Assembly (NCBI GenBank): GCA_002633005.1
Contig: NMRA01000602.1
Coordinates: forward strand, 62,001-126,000
DNA: 64,000 nt
Direction of reading: 5' to 3'
DNA from: Phoronis australis
Lineage: Eukaryota; Animalia; Phoronida
Part shown: positions 52,443 to 64,000 of the stretch, piece by piece
How the letters are laid out: each line of letters begins with the position of its first letter
Position numbering within the stretch: position 1 is the stretch's first letter
The notes under the pieces: generated by a model
What the model was told of the DNA's origin: nothing
Databases searched by the model: none
What the model saw: only the letters and a program-made list of their open reading frames with translations
Position numbers and translations under genes: made by a program

Positions 52443-55174
52443 TCAAGTTCTACGACCCAAACACCTCTGAGAGGTCGTGTAAGTGCAACCTTCCTGGGGA
52501 GTGTTTCTGTACAACATCAAAACAGTATTAAGATCATTTGACTTCTTTAACAGATTTTTCACAACTTTAACTCCCGCCCCAGCTTTACCGTTGCCCTGAG
52601 GCCAATACGGGAATGAAGTCACATGATCAACGTCATGCTGTTTGCAAAATGTCGTAAAATCATAACTGATGAATCGGGGCCCAATACCAGTGAAGAGAAC
52701 CTTAGGAACACCATAACGAGCGAAATGAGCGGCCGTTTTGCTAATAACTGTCTCAGCGAGAGTATCAGGAAGACGATCAACTTCTATAAAATCTGAGAAA
52801 TGATCTACTGTAAGCAGATAATTAGTGTTCCTGAAGTGAAACAAGTCTTGACTAACAAACTGCCAAGGATAATCAGGAATGGGTTGGGACAACATTGGCT
52901 GAGAGCGACTTTCTCTAGAATATTCCGCACACTTACCACAACTATAACATTTGTCCCTTATCGCTGCTTGCATGCCTGGCCAAAATATTTCTTTTGCAAA
53001 GCGAACACAACTCTCGGCCCCCTGAGGAGATGCATGCACTTTATCTAGCATCTCCTTGCGCAAACCGGTTGGCACCGCTGCCTGTATACCTCTGTAAATC
53101 ACTCCATCGGAAACTGATAATTCACCCCTAAAACTCCAATAAGGCAATACATCATTGTCCACAAACTTTTTAGTGGACGGCCAGACTGTTGTGATATTAA
53201 TCAGCAACTGCCTCATATCAGGATCGAGACTTGTAGCAGTCTTCAGACTAGAAGCAGTCTTGGGTTTTAACGTAACTTTTGACAAGTTATCTGCCATCAT
53301 AACATCTAACCTAAATACCTCAAACTCTGGCGACAGAGGGGCTCTCGAAAGGGTGTCCGCTAGGACCAACGATTTCCCGTTCTTTTATACAACAGATATG
53401 TTGTTTTGCTGCAGGCGCATCATGAGCCGTTGCAGACGTTTTGGTGCTTTGGTCAAAATTTTTTTGAAAATACTCTCTAAGGGCTGGTGATCAGTATGAA
53501 CAACAGTCGGATGGCCAAAAAGCCACAAGCGCCATTTCTCGCATGCCATACAAATGGCCAACGTCTCCTTCCCAATCTGTGCCCATAAACACTCATTGGG
53601 TCACATCTGGCAAGACGCATACGCAACCGGTTGTAAGCAACCCTCTACATTTGGCAGCATTAAACATGCACCTAAAGCCGTGTCCGATGCATCTGTCTGA
53701 AGGACTATAGGCTTACTAGGGTCAAAAACGCCAGACAAGGTGCCGAAGCAAGTTGGTGCTTGGTATGCTGAAATGCTAAGTCACAAGCCGGAGTCCATAC
53801 AAAGGGAACATCCAATTTAGTCAAATTATGTAACGGGTGAATAGTCTTAGACAGTGATGGACAAAACATATTCAAATAGGTAACCATACCCAGGAATCTT
53901 TGAACAGCCTTCTTATCAACAGGATTTGGCATTTCTATTATTCAACGTGTCTTCTCTGGGTCAGGACTAACTCCGTGCTCCGAAATAACATGACCCATAA
54001 ACACGATTTCTCTTGTTTGAATTGAAATTTAGAAGGGTTCAGTTTTAGAGATCTTTCTCGGCATCTGTGCATGAATACCAGTGAACGCCGGTCATGAGTT
54101 TGCTCCGCTTCCGAAAGAGAGTGACCTAGTCCAAAAATAAGCACATCATCAGCAATACAAATATTACCTTCAAGACCATCCAAAGCCTCGTGCATACGGT
54201 TCTGAAATTCCTCGGGAGCTGACGAAATGCCATACGCAAGTTTTTTTATTTATGTCTACCCCACGGGGTGTGCATGACAGTCAAGACTCAGGACTTGGAG
54301 TCTAATGACACTTGCGTAAAGCCATCTTAAGCATCCATAATCGTGAAAATTTATACTTGTTTTCACTCAAGAGAGGCAAAAACTCCTGCAAAGTGGGAAT
54401 CTGATAGTTTGGGACAACCAAGGCTAATAGTTAAGGTTAATAGTCTGACTTGGATCAATACACAGCGTAATCCTTTTCAACAACAGTCATATTTGAACAC
54501 CAAGCAGTGGGATTATCCAGTTTTTCTAATTTACGCTCTTTAATCATTTCATCAACCTTTGCCTTGACACTTGGTCGCTTAGCAACAGGTATTCTGTGAA
54601 CAGGGGCATGAACAGGGGTTACCTGCGGGTCAATAGTGAAACATACTGGTTTACCAAGATCTCTCATACCATCAAAATTGTCTTTGAAAGAATCCAATAC
54701 GTAAGGCAGAGAGAGTGTTTGGGGATCTGATGTTGAAGAGAATTGTGAATAGGTCAGAGAATCTATGCAGTTAGCATTACCACGAAGGTTACAAGGAGAG
54801 TCACCTACCCTAGACTCGTCAACTACAATGAGGCCCAAGCGTAGGGAATCCAAACTACCCAGAAGTGGGACACAGCCCGGCTGGTCAGGTATTACCTCGA
54901 ACTGTAAATCAAAAAACTTTTGATCTGTTTCACAAATGAGCGTAGTTTGACCAGCAGGTCTTATGGTGTTACCAGAGTAAGATTTAAGAACTGAATTCGA
55001 CTTGGAGAGCTTGACACCAACAAACCTATTCAACATAGATTTAGGTAATGTGTTACAAGTGGCAGCTGTATCTACCTGCAGTTTAGTCGTAACAAAGTTA
55101 CTACCATCAACAGAAAGTCTCAGCGGAACAAAGAGTTTCTTGGTCAACGCATCAGCGTCATGTTGAATGCACAA
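52443..55174 (-). pseudogene. Gypsy pol (protease, RT, RNase H, integrase), fragmented by frameshifts and stops
   Basis: QVDTAATCN (PR); CIADDVLIFG (RT); VQRFLGMVTY, TDAS and HTDHQPL (RNase H); ADTLSR, FWPGM, C..C, PW..VSQDLF and PQGNGKA (INT). Confidence 0.93.
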
Positions 55175-55374
55175 AGTCTCTTGCCGGTGTTCAGTCTCGG
55201 AGTCACTGTCACTGTTAAGCGCGTGGACATCAGAGCGTTTCCTGGGACTGGATTTTGGAGCTGGGCAACAGGACGCAAAATGGGACGACTTTGCTCTGCA
55301 GTTATAACATTCAACTCCCGACCTACGGGCAGGGCACTGTCCTGCCGGATGAGATTATCCACAATTGGTGCACT

Positions 55375-56060
55375 TCAAAATCCGCTTGCCCTTGCCATAG
55401 GCACCGCCAGTACGAGTAGGGGGGGGCTTGCAGCATTTGTTAGATTAACCTGCTCCGTCAACGTTCCGCCTATCTTATTTGCTGTTGACGTTGCCGCCTC
55501 CAAACCTTTTGCATGACGGACAATAGCGCTAAAGGTGGTCACTATATTGTCCATACCTTTGTGGCGAAGTCGTAACAGCTCTCCCCGCAAGGTTGTTGAG
55601 CTCAGACCAAACATAAACTTGTTGCTCATGATCTGGTCAACCAAATCCCCATAATCAAGGGGCGAGGCTGCTCGCCTGACACGAGTTTTCCACGTACTAA
55701 TGTCCTTCATGGGTGACTGAGTCAGTTGGGAAATCTCATACCGGTGCCCAAAATGGTGTCGTCACCCTCATAGTTACTAGCCAAAGCTCTCATCCAGATC
55801 CACGGCTTAGGTAAATCAGCCTCGGGAATTTGAGGTTGTATGGTAAAATACACAATGTTGAGCATATCATTTGACAGTGACGAGCGAAAGGACGCCACTT
55901 CCACTGGCCATTCGTCCACGATGTAATGCTCATCCGAGTGAGGCGGCTTAGTCAGGTCTCGAAATCCATGAATGACACAATAATCATTAAATCGTGACCT
56001 CCACAATACAATATCTTCCCGCCTATTGCAGTCCAGCACGGGTAACTTCACCGACGGCAT
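55375..56060 (-). pseudogene. Gypsy gag remnant
   Basis: Two broken ORFs immediately after the PBS/leader (MPSVKLPVLD...W..RF..Y; DQIM..KF.FGL...LR.ELL). Confidence 0.7.
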
Positions 56061-56963
56061 CTTTATTATTTAACTACAACCCAATATGCTACTAGAGGGT
56101 CCTGGAGACAATTGATCAATTCTCGATTGCGCTCGAGGCACGCGCGAGTCTTCTGAATTGTTCCAAGAGGGGTTGAGATAATTGACTCTAATCGAGTTGT
56201 CTCAGAGGCGGCGTGCGAGTCCAAATTCTGCGAAATTTCACAAGTATGTTTTCAGCAAAGACACTTACTTTTGCACATATGGGTCACTTTGTCCGTTTCT
56301 TTGACGTATCCCACTCCTGACACGAAGTTTCGGATGGCTGTCAAGCGTAATTCACTGAGGTATTCCCATTAATGAGAACAACGCACGTTTCAGTCTTTCA
56401 GTAACTTTTATTGAAACTCCCAGAACAACACACAGATGCCACTCTCTAACATGCACATATGGACGTGTAAAGGCGGAACTTTGATGTTTTAATCAGCGGG
56501 TCATAATTAGCTGAAAAGCTTCCGGAGTAGGAAACTCTTGTGGGAGCTTCACCGCCTCAATGCCCAATCGAGAGAAAAACACCGTCAATGAGTGGTCAAA
56601 CAGCAATAACTGAGCGCAGGAGATCCGCCTGATGATGTTTTTGACTGCCGACCACTTTGTTTGAATTTCAACGCTGCGTCAGGTGTCCCTGAAGAATTTG
56701 CAGCTTCCTAGTTGTACATGTATCTGCTTATCTCGATTGTAGTGTCAAATCGTCGTCCACCACGTACATGTACATGTTATCGGTTTTGTATATGTAATAA
56801 GAGAGCTACTCGTGCCGCTCGAATTAAACATAGTCTGTGTCATTGAGAGGTTTGGACTTCCAGAATCACTGTAATGCGCAGTGGTCCTACGTTACACAGA
56901 CTGCATACACTTGATGTTTTTGAACACCTTCAATCACCGCCTGTTTTCTTACCCAATTGTACG

Positions 56964-58063
56964 GGATTGTCCTAAAAGCCTCTCAACCCCAACACCCCCT
57001 CGACCCACAACCCCCTTGACATACTACTATTGCAATAGGTGAATGTTGTTTCACATTTTGTAATCGCACGGAATTAAGCTGATGAGTGACTTTGCCATGA
57101 GTTGTAACTACATTTGAATCTGCACTGGCTAAAGTTTGGTGGTTAAAAACAGAAAGTGGGGTAAGAACATTATCTGAAATAGCGGATGGTGTGCGTGCTG
57201 TCGTTGTCACGGCAATGGCTGTACGAGCGGCTACCAATGGCCCTTTTTAATGTTTATTAAGAAATCTTCAGAACACAATGAATATACATAACCCAGAAAG
57301 CGCCAAGAGGAATTAAATCTGGGTTAAAAATAGAAAGAAGTCAATATACAATTATTATACACGAATACATGAATTAACAAACTGTTGTTAAGATTACAAT
57401 GATATATGATTATGAATGTAAACAATTATTTTCATGCACATGTACATATATACAATTCTATCCACTCACACAAACAGATTTATTGTTATAAAGAAATTCT
57501 GATATTATTTCAAATAAAACCCTACCAACGGCCCTGTTCTATTAAACTGAGGGAGAAAGTACGTGAATGCACATATTTTTACATGTTTCCTATTTTCTTT
57601 CTGTTGTGTTCTCATTTAAAAAATATTCCGTGTAACGTTGTGATATTTTTTTAGTTAACATTTTCTTTTTCGAACTGTATTTACTAAAATAAATACATAT
57701 TTGTCAGTTCCTCGCACTCTCCCCAAAAGCCTGAGTCTGCCATTCACTGAGGAGCAGACTAGACGATTACACTCTGCCGGGAACGACATTTATAACGTTG
57801 GTAGATCTTTGATTTGATTTAATCGGGTTCAAGTTTTCTGTTTTTGGCTTTCAAACCGGGAACAATCAAGACAAAACCAGCCGAGCTCACGACCAGACAT
57901 GTTGTTCATGCAAGTCGGCGCTTGTTTTATGTTCATATCGAGTCAGTCTTGTGTAGATTAGTTTGAAAGTGCTGTAGGCCGTGTGTCACAGGGTCGTGGG
58001 TCGAGGTGGTCGTGGGTCCAGCGGAGTGTGTGTTGTGGTGTCGAGGGGGGTTTAGAACAATCC
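56964..58063. mobile_element. MITE-like TIR element, dispersed family copy 3
   Basis: Termini GGATTGTCCTAAAA / TTTAGAACAATCC; 57650-57950 aligns directly with 35390-35710. Confidence 0.65.
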
Positions 58064-59343
58064 AGTTGTCTTCCCAGAGAACTTTTGTTGCGCCCTCAAA
58101 TACACTGTTTTTTGACGCTCTAAATTTGGACTTAGGTTGGAGAGATTCCCTGTGTGCAATGTTGACACAGCTGTGGCATTTGTCAGGGTTTTTTGGTACG
58201 AAGTGACGGTGGGTGCCATGACTGGTTACCAAAAACTATTTATTGGGCGCTGAACAACATCGCTATATCGATATTATCACCTGCCCAGCACTTCTTTGTG
58301 ACAACCCGATAAAAGGACTTGCCCGGAGCAAGTTCATCTTGGGGTTTGTTTGTATCTAGTCCGAGCGACACTTCCGAAAATGTAGTTCGTGAAGCCTGTT
58401 GCCTAAATCACAACCTTTTTCCTATTACATGTACCTTAGACTTGTGGTTAACTGCAACGCTCTCTCAAACTCATTTTTTCATTGATGTCTAAAATGTATT
58501 TTACATATTACGGGGTTTTGATCGATTTAATTCAAATGTTTACCAAAAACTGTTGTTACCCTGTAACATACATTACATGTGTTTAAGACAGGCTTTTTCG
58601 TAGAATCTGCAAATGCTTGAAATGTTGGCGGATGCAGTATCACCGATGGAGCTCATAATTTGCGTATTGCATTTAACCATCATATAGGTTGTTATACTGT
58701 ATTTTTTGCTGAAGGTTCGGTTTTCATAAAGTCACAAAAACTGTGTTTTTTCCCGTTGAGAAACTTGACACTTGATCGAGTGTACCTCAAAAACAGGCAA
58801 ATGTATTCCGCTTCGTCTGTCGTTACATTGGAAAATTAGTCTTAAAAAGCAATTGGCTATTAAAAGTAACTGTATTTTGTCCAAATAAAAACATTTAAAC
58901 GACTTCTTTGTTCTTCTTTGTTGATTTACCGTCGTTCTATAGAGGCCAGTGAAGTGAGGTGTACAAAAACGTGATTTTTGTCCAAGTTCAAAGACTTATT
59001 TTTAGGAATTGCAGAGGTTTACCCAAAAATATATGCATTTGTGCTTGAATTGGACTTCGCTCTTTTATTTCATCCATAGCTAATATTGGTAAAACTTACC
59101 CCACGCTCACAATTTTGAAACGATCGGCCGTAGTGAATTTTCGAAAATGCCCTTGAGGCGTCGCTAGAAAACAGTCATAAATTGCTAATTTTGGTATATT
59201 TGGCGTCATTCTTGTACTTTGCAAAGTGATTTAATAAGTCAAAGTCCAAGACGCACTTTATGAATCGCATAACCAGGGCGAAAGGGTTACCTATATCGGC
59301 TTTCATCTCACTGCTTTTCGGTTCGAGATTAGCACAAATCAAA

Positions 59344-59736
59344 ATGGCTGTAGCAGACAGCTTCAGCTGTTCGTTTGCAGGAAGATCAAGCTATAAATGC
59401 TCAACAGTGGGCGAATAAAGAAACCTGTTACCTCTTAGTTGCTGCAAAAATAATACGGAGAGTCATATAAAACAAATTAAAGTGTCTGAAGACATTGAGG
59501 AATGGCAGTTGTTAATGAACCGAGGAGGATTTGAGCAACTAGACGAGCTCACAGTATGTCCCCGACACCGCTTGGACTTCGGCTTGGGAATTCCGCCGAA
59601 GAAACACTGTTGTTAGCCAGGTCATCGTGGTCGAGGGGTGGAGGCATAACTGCATCCAAGTCGAGCAGTCCGGTGACCATGAAGTTCGCAAGTGTTGTAA
59701 AAAGTTTTGGAAATGAGATCTTACCCATTGGCACAG
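59344..59736 (+). pseudogene. Disrupted Cys/His-rich first exon resembling the N-terminus of Sola-type DNA-transposon proteins
   Basis: MAVADSFSCSF...C...*..LPLSCC...EWQLLMNRGG...TVCPRHRLDFG...CC*PGH, then frameshifted ...ILPIGT with donor CAG|GTGAGG. Family assignment is from motif recall only. Confidence 0.45.
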
Positions 59737-61513
59737 GTGAGGAATGTGAAAGCTAGTAAAGCATTACTAATTTTGTAATTATGATTCGTCTCTGACATAG
59801 ACGTAGTCATTGGTGAGGGGTTCAAGTGGATCAATTGCTCGCCATTGATCATTGCAAAATAACTTTTCCACCAGTGGCGAATCATTTCAATTTTGTTTTT
59901 ATCTTCCTGGTCTCATTCGCCCCACCCCCACCCAGTGCCTCAGCGTCGGCTCACACCTGTTGAATACATCTGTGCCAGTGATGACTTTTATAACGTTACA
60001 CCAGTATTGAGGCAATTTTTGTTGATTTTAATTATCATGCAAGCACACTGTCCTACTGTTTTCACCTTCTAGTTTGATGTCTCATGAGCCTCAGACTGGA
60101 AATTGATTTAACCAGAAGGCAGAACTACTATAATTTACCTGAAGTTGATAGGACTTACAAACTCGTGTTTGAGGCTTGGTAGCAGAAAGTCTTCCTTGAC
60201 CTCATAGAAATTGACTATGGTTTGATTTACCATTTCCTTTCAAGCTGTGTTAAATATTTTGAATTCAAAGAAAATGACATTGAAGTGTATTACTGGAATT
60301 TTCCGTCTGATTTCAATAGATCAATGTCAACAAGTCATGATGCTAAATTAGTTAACCTATACAAATATTGCATGCTTTTCGACTCCATGGTAGTTTGCTC
60401 CACTCTTTAGTACGTTACATGTTGTTGTTCTGTATAGTGGGCGTATGACCTTTATTGTAGAAAGATATTGATTGATTAATTGATGTTTAAAAGTAGTAAA
60501 CTGTCGTTTTCTTATTGGACTTCGAGAGTAAGATCTGTCTTTTATTTAGAATGTTTCGGATTTATGCTTCTTAGATTTTTGAAATGGGAACCAGTTATGT
60601 GTTTATGCACGTTTTTGCTGACAATGACATACAACCTCGTGGATGATAAACTGCAGTTCTGAAAATGATTTTGAAAACGCAAAGGTCGATAATTAACCCT
60701 TGCATCACAATTGTATCCATCATTTTTCTGCGTTTGAGTGAGCAAGGGACCAGTATTAATGCACACATTTGACCCAAACGACGGCAAAGTACATTATTTA
60801 CAATGACGTCTTTGAGAAGACTGTTAGAGGTTAACTTTTTTTTAAGTCGTAAACACCATGTACAGAGGACGCTGACGTCTGATTTGGTCAAAATTTTGAT
60901 CCATGTTAGTGAAGTTCTTTTGCGCCGTTGTGCTAGATGCTTGTCATTGTACAGACGTTACAGTCCTACAGCGTCAATGAAATGTGGTTTTATTCTTGTT
61001 GTATAAGGTCCGAACATCGCAGTCGCAACAACTAAAGATCGCATGCTAGTTGCAAAGACGTTGTGCAAACATCGGGACATCTAATTTCAACAGATGATGG
61101 TTTTTAAGTTGAAATATCGTTGTCACAACATTGGGTTGGGCTCGGCCCTAACGGAGTCGGGTTTTAATTGATTGCATTTGCGTTGTTTAGACGTGTCAAT
61201 TTGGCCGGCAGTATTTATGATTGTTTTCCCATGATAAGTGCCTGTTCTCGAACACGCTTAGCTCAGTCGAATAGACGGTCTTGTTATTCAAACGTTCTGG
61301 GCTGAAAGAATTTTACGAATCCCCACTGAATTGGCACAGTTTTGCCCGTTACATATCGTAATGAGTGTGATTACCAATTGATTTAGATTTCTCAATGTGT
61401 TAGTTTCCTGTAACAAGCTATTACTGTGTGCTGCAAAACCGGAAGTGGCTTTCAAGATGGCGGATATTCCACATTTTTACCCTTTTTCAGTTGTGCTCAG
61501 GTGCCATTTTCGT

Positions 61514-61520
61514 CATGTCC

Positions 61521-61551
<31 letters not shown>

Positions 61552-61556
61552 TCGTT
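61514..61556. repeat. (CAT)n microsatellite within a dispersed repeat also present at ~62430-62570
   Basis: catcatcat run; downstream TTTCGCC...TCCGAG.GCTTTCATTTAT is shared by both copies. Confidence 0.85.
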
Positions 61557-62749
61557 ATCTCTATCTCCTATCTTCAGTCAGTTTCGCCAAGTTTCCTTCC
61601 GAGTGCTTTCATTTATTTGTTCACGTTCTACAGTTTGCATTTTTCGTTCGATTCGCACGAAATGTGCACACGGTCTGTATACCCGAAAGCGCTGGAGGCC
61701 TATTGTTTTTAGTTATGATGGGATTCAAAATGGCGGACGTGACGGCCATTTTATTTTCAAATTCGGATTGCAAATATGACGTACGTGTGTGAAAATCAGT
61801 ACGATTATAGACAAGTGTCACAGATGTGCCGAGGATCTTTTACTTCCAGTCAAAGATCACCCACTGGGTATGCGCACCTCAATTTCGAGACGAAGACGTT
61901 TTGTCCTGTAGAGCGCGCATGGTAGGACCAATTGCTTCGAAAATTTTCACGTGTTAGTTCTTTGTAGTAAGCTATGATCGAGTACTGCTCAACCTTGAGT
62001 GGTATTCAAAGTGGAGGATCTGAAGCATTTCCATCAATTTTCAATCGTTCTTGGGTACCATTTAAACGGGAGGAGGAAATGACGTAATTTTTTGCATGGG
62101 GATTTTCTAAAATGTACTCTTTCAAATGGACTGCAACATTTTTTTCGCAGACTTACCGTTTTTGAGTTTTTGTCATTGAATTTCAAAAAACATGTAATCT
62201 CATTTTTCCGAAAAATTTGTGGATTTTTGGGAAACAAATATGTTAGGTAGAAATTTTAACGGCTTCCAGAAAAAGTTTTTTGGCTATGTTGTCTCGTTTG
62301 TTAATTTTCCGGGATTTATTTTCTAATGGCGCTTGTTCGTTTGTTAATTGAACATTGCTGCATTTTGTTGAATTGTCTTCTTTTGAAAAAGACTACATAT
62401 CTTAGTCGTTTCTGACGTCGTCGTTCGTTATGTGATTGTTATCATCATGATCATCATCACTACTATCACCATCATCAACGTCATCATCTTCTTCACTGAT
62501 GTATTTTCAGTTAATTTCGCCCAGTGTCGCTCCTCCGAGCGCTTTCATTTATCTTTTCAAAAACCTTCTGCCTTCAAGATGGATCCGAGAAATGAAAAAG
62601 GGTTGTATGTTTAAAAGCTTTTGGTATCATGAAAAGGAATTTGACGAGGCCTTTAACCTGATCTGCACACATGTACACAGTTAGTCACGAGTTTTGGTAC
62701 GGGGATCATGACACCTGCTCATTGGAAAAGGGAGATCACGCCGGTTGAA

Positions 62750-63237
62750 CACATTTCAGTTTTGCATTATTAATAAGCGAGATCAAGCTCATGTCATAGG
62801 CCACGTTTTGCTGATACAATCGGTCATGCGAGTTCCAACTGGCAGAGATAAATTGCGTCTTATCTCCCGGACTTCAAAGCCAGTCGGCTGTACTGCAAAA
62901 CCCAATGGCCAGTGTTTCAAACTTGTTGGCGAACATTGAAACGTGATGTCCACTACCTCAATACCACATGGTAGCACCCCAAAAACTGGTTGGATGGTAC
63001 ATAAATGATCTGGCTGTTGCTCAAACACAATGACCGAACAGGAAGTTCGGCCGCCACACTTGATCTCCGACAAACTGGTTAAACCACCGACCATGTGTTT
63101 TAGGTCCAGCCAGCTAGTTTTTGGAGTGAGACCACGCGGACAACACCTTTGTTGACTGGCCATCTGATTTTGCAGTCTAGTTGATTGGTTTTTAAGTTCG
63201 GTAAATGGTTGTGAAGTCCGACTAATTGTCGACCCCC
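62750..63237 (-). pseudogene. Possible heavily decayed downstream exon(s) of WSC-cluster gene 5
   Basis: Good acceptor TTTCTATATTCAG| at 63238. Scattered subtype-A-like fragments FLGCYH, FQCSPTSLKHWPLGFAVQ, TDCISK, RLLIMQ in mixed frames with stops; the WSC core CxCG is missing. Confidence 0.3.
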
Positions 63238-63365
63238 CTGAATATAGAAACAACAAGAAACCAAATAACGTGAATAGTGACCCTGATACAAGTTTATAAC
63301 AATACTAACAGTGGTCGCAATGATACCAGAAATAGCAACAATGCTATCAAGCGCAACATCATTAC

Positions 63366-63399
63366 CTAGGCTGAACACTCGAGTACGCGTGTTGCTCAT
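63366..63399 (-). CDS. WSC-cluster gene 5, first coding exon (34 nt CDS; gene probably a pseudogene)
   Basis: MSNTRTRVFSL(G), donor CTAG|GTAATG; same length, phase and sequence character as the first exons of genes 2 and 3. Confidence 0.65.
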
Positions 63400-63462
63400 G
63401 TCGGCTTCCTTTGTGTAATCCGATCCCCTTTCCAATAAACACATATGTGGAAAACAGGACAT

Positions 63463-63483
63463 TTTATACCTTTGTAACACCTG
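63463..63483 (-). promoter_or_regulatory. Gene 5 core promoter: CAGGTGTTAC-N5-TATAAA
   Basis: Minus strand CAGGTGTTAC-AAAGG-TATAAA, about 64 nt upstream of the ATG. Confidence 0.68.
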
Positions 63484-64000
63484 GGCATGACTACTTAATT
63501 ATTGGCCCTTAAGACTAATTTGGCTCTTGCCTCCGACCCGTTTCCTGGTGAATGACATTAGGCTAGAAACAGAAGGTCCATAAGTACCGCTTTCTCTTTA
63601 AGGCCTCCCACTTACCAGCAGGTTAATTAGAATACTGCTTGATTGGTTATTGTTATCATTTTGCACCGTGTGCTTACATCTAAGACAGTCCTTTTGTTGA
63701 TGAATTGCGAACATAAACGTGAAAGCAACCAGCGAGTGTAATCATGCATTGAATGAACAAATGTAAGATTAAATGACAATAATTCCTCAAAACCTGTACA
63801 CTTCGAATTTTGCACTACTCTTCTTAAACATCCGTTTTTTTCATATAAAGTTATATTTCGGGCACGTGGGTGAAAATGTTAGTTAAGAGTTAAGAACGCA
63901 AAACCAATCGTAACACGTGTTGCCTTAGTGTAACAAGTACGTCGAAGAGTATTCGTAAAATAAAAGCGCAAAATACTTTTCAGTCTAAGAATATCATGTT

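Larger units (their letters stand above)
51669..56451 (-). mobile_element. Degraded full-length Ty3/Gypsy LTR retrotransposon (Mag/K02A2.6-like organisation)
   Basis: Short ~130-bp LTRs (51669-51798, ~56324-56451); tRNA-Leu-type PBS remnant GTGTCAGGAGTGGGAT (56308-56323); PPT AGAGAAAGGGA next to the 3' LTR; domain order gag-PR-RT-RNaseH-INT. No matching TSD seen. Confidence 0.93.

Noticed and set aside
61397-61792. His-rich ORF and ETS/YY1-like motifs (CCGGAAGT, AAGATGGCGG) as a gene or promoter
   Set aside because: Poly-His comes from a (CAT)n microsatellite inside a dispersed repeat; no associated exon structure.
63838-63945. Possible plus-strand sixth paralog start (TCATATAAAGTTAT...)
   Set aside because: No CAGGTGTTAC module and no ATG-led 34-nt exon; similarity too short and at the window edge.

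Overview
AT-rich genomic DNA from an animal (spliceosomal GT-AG introns, microsatellites, decayed transposons; probably an invertebrate, species not determinable). The window is dominated by a cluster of paralogous multi-exon genes encoding small, probably secreted proteins made of a signal peptide plus three tandem WSC (carbohydrate-binding) domains. Each domain sits on its own phase-1 exon in a fixed subtype order A-B-C. Gene 1 (+) shows exons B 1-240 and C 3157-3488, with its 5' end outside the window. Gene 2 (-, 14054-18753) is frameshifted in exon A and no exon C was found. Gene 3 (-, 26893-37938) is an intact 5-exon model of 358 aa. Gene 4 (+, 46779-50534) has a 1-nt frameshift in exon C. 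A fifth start (-, ~63366-63483) is followed only by decayed sequence. Three paralogs share an exact promoter module CAGGTGTTAC-N5-TATAAA and a 34-nt first coding exon; two of these also share a 39-nt signal-peptide micro-exon. Between the genes lie a degraded full-length Gypsy element, a deleted LTR element with a 5-bp TSD, a Harbinger-type MITE, a dispersed TIR family, THAP, RNase H and Sola-like remnants, a ~3.1-kb tandem duplication and a probable uncollapsed-haplotype duplication at an N gap. All gene models are manual predictions from splice consensus and translation.
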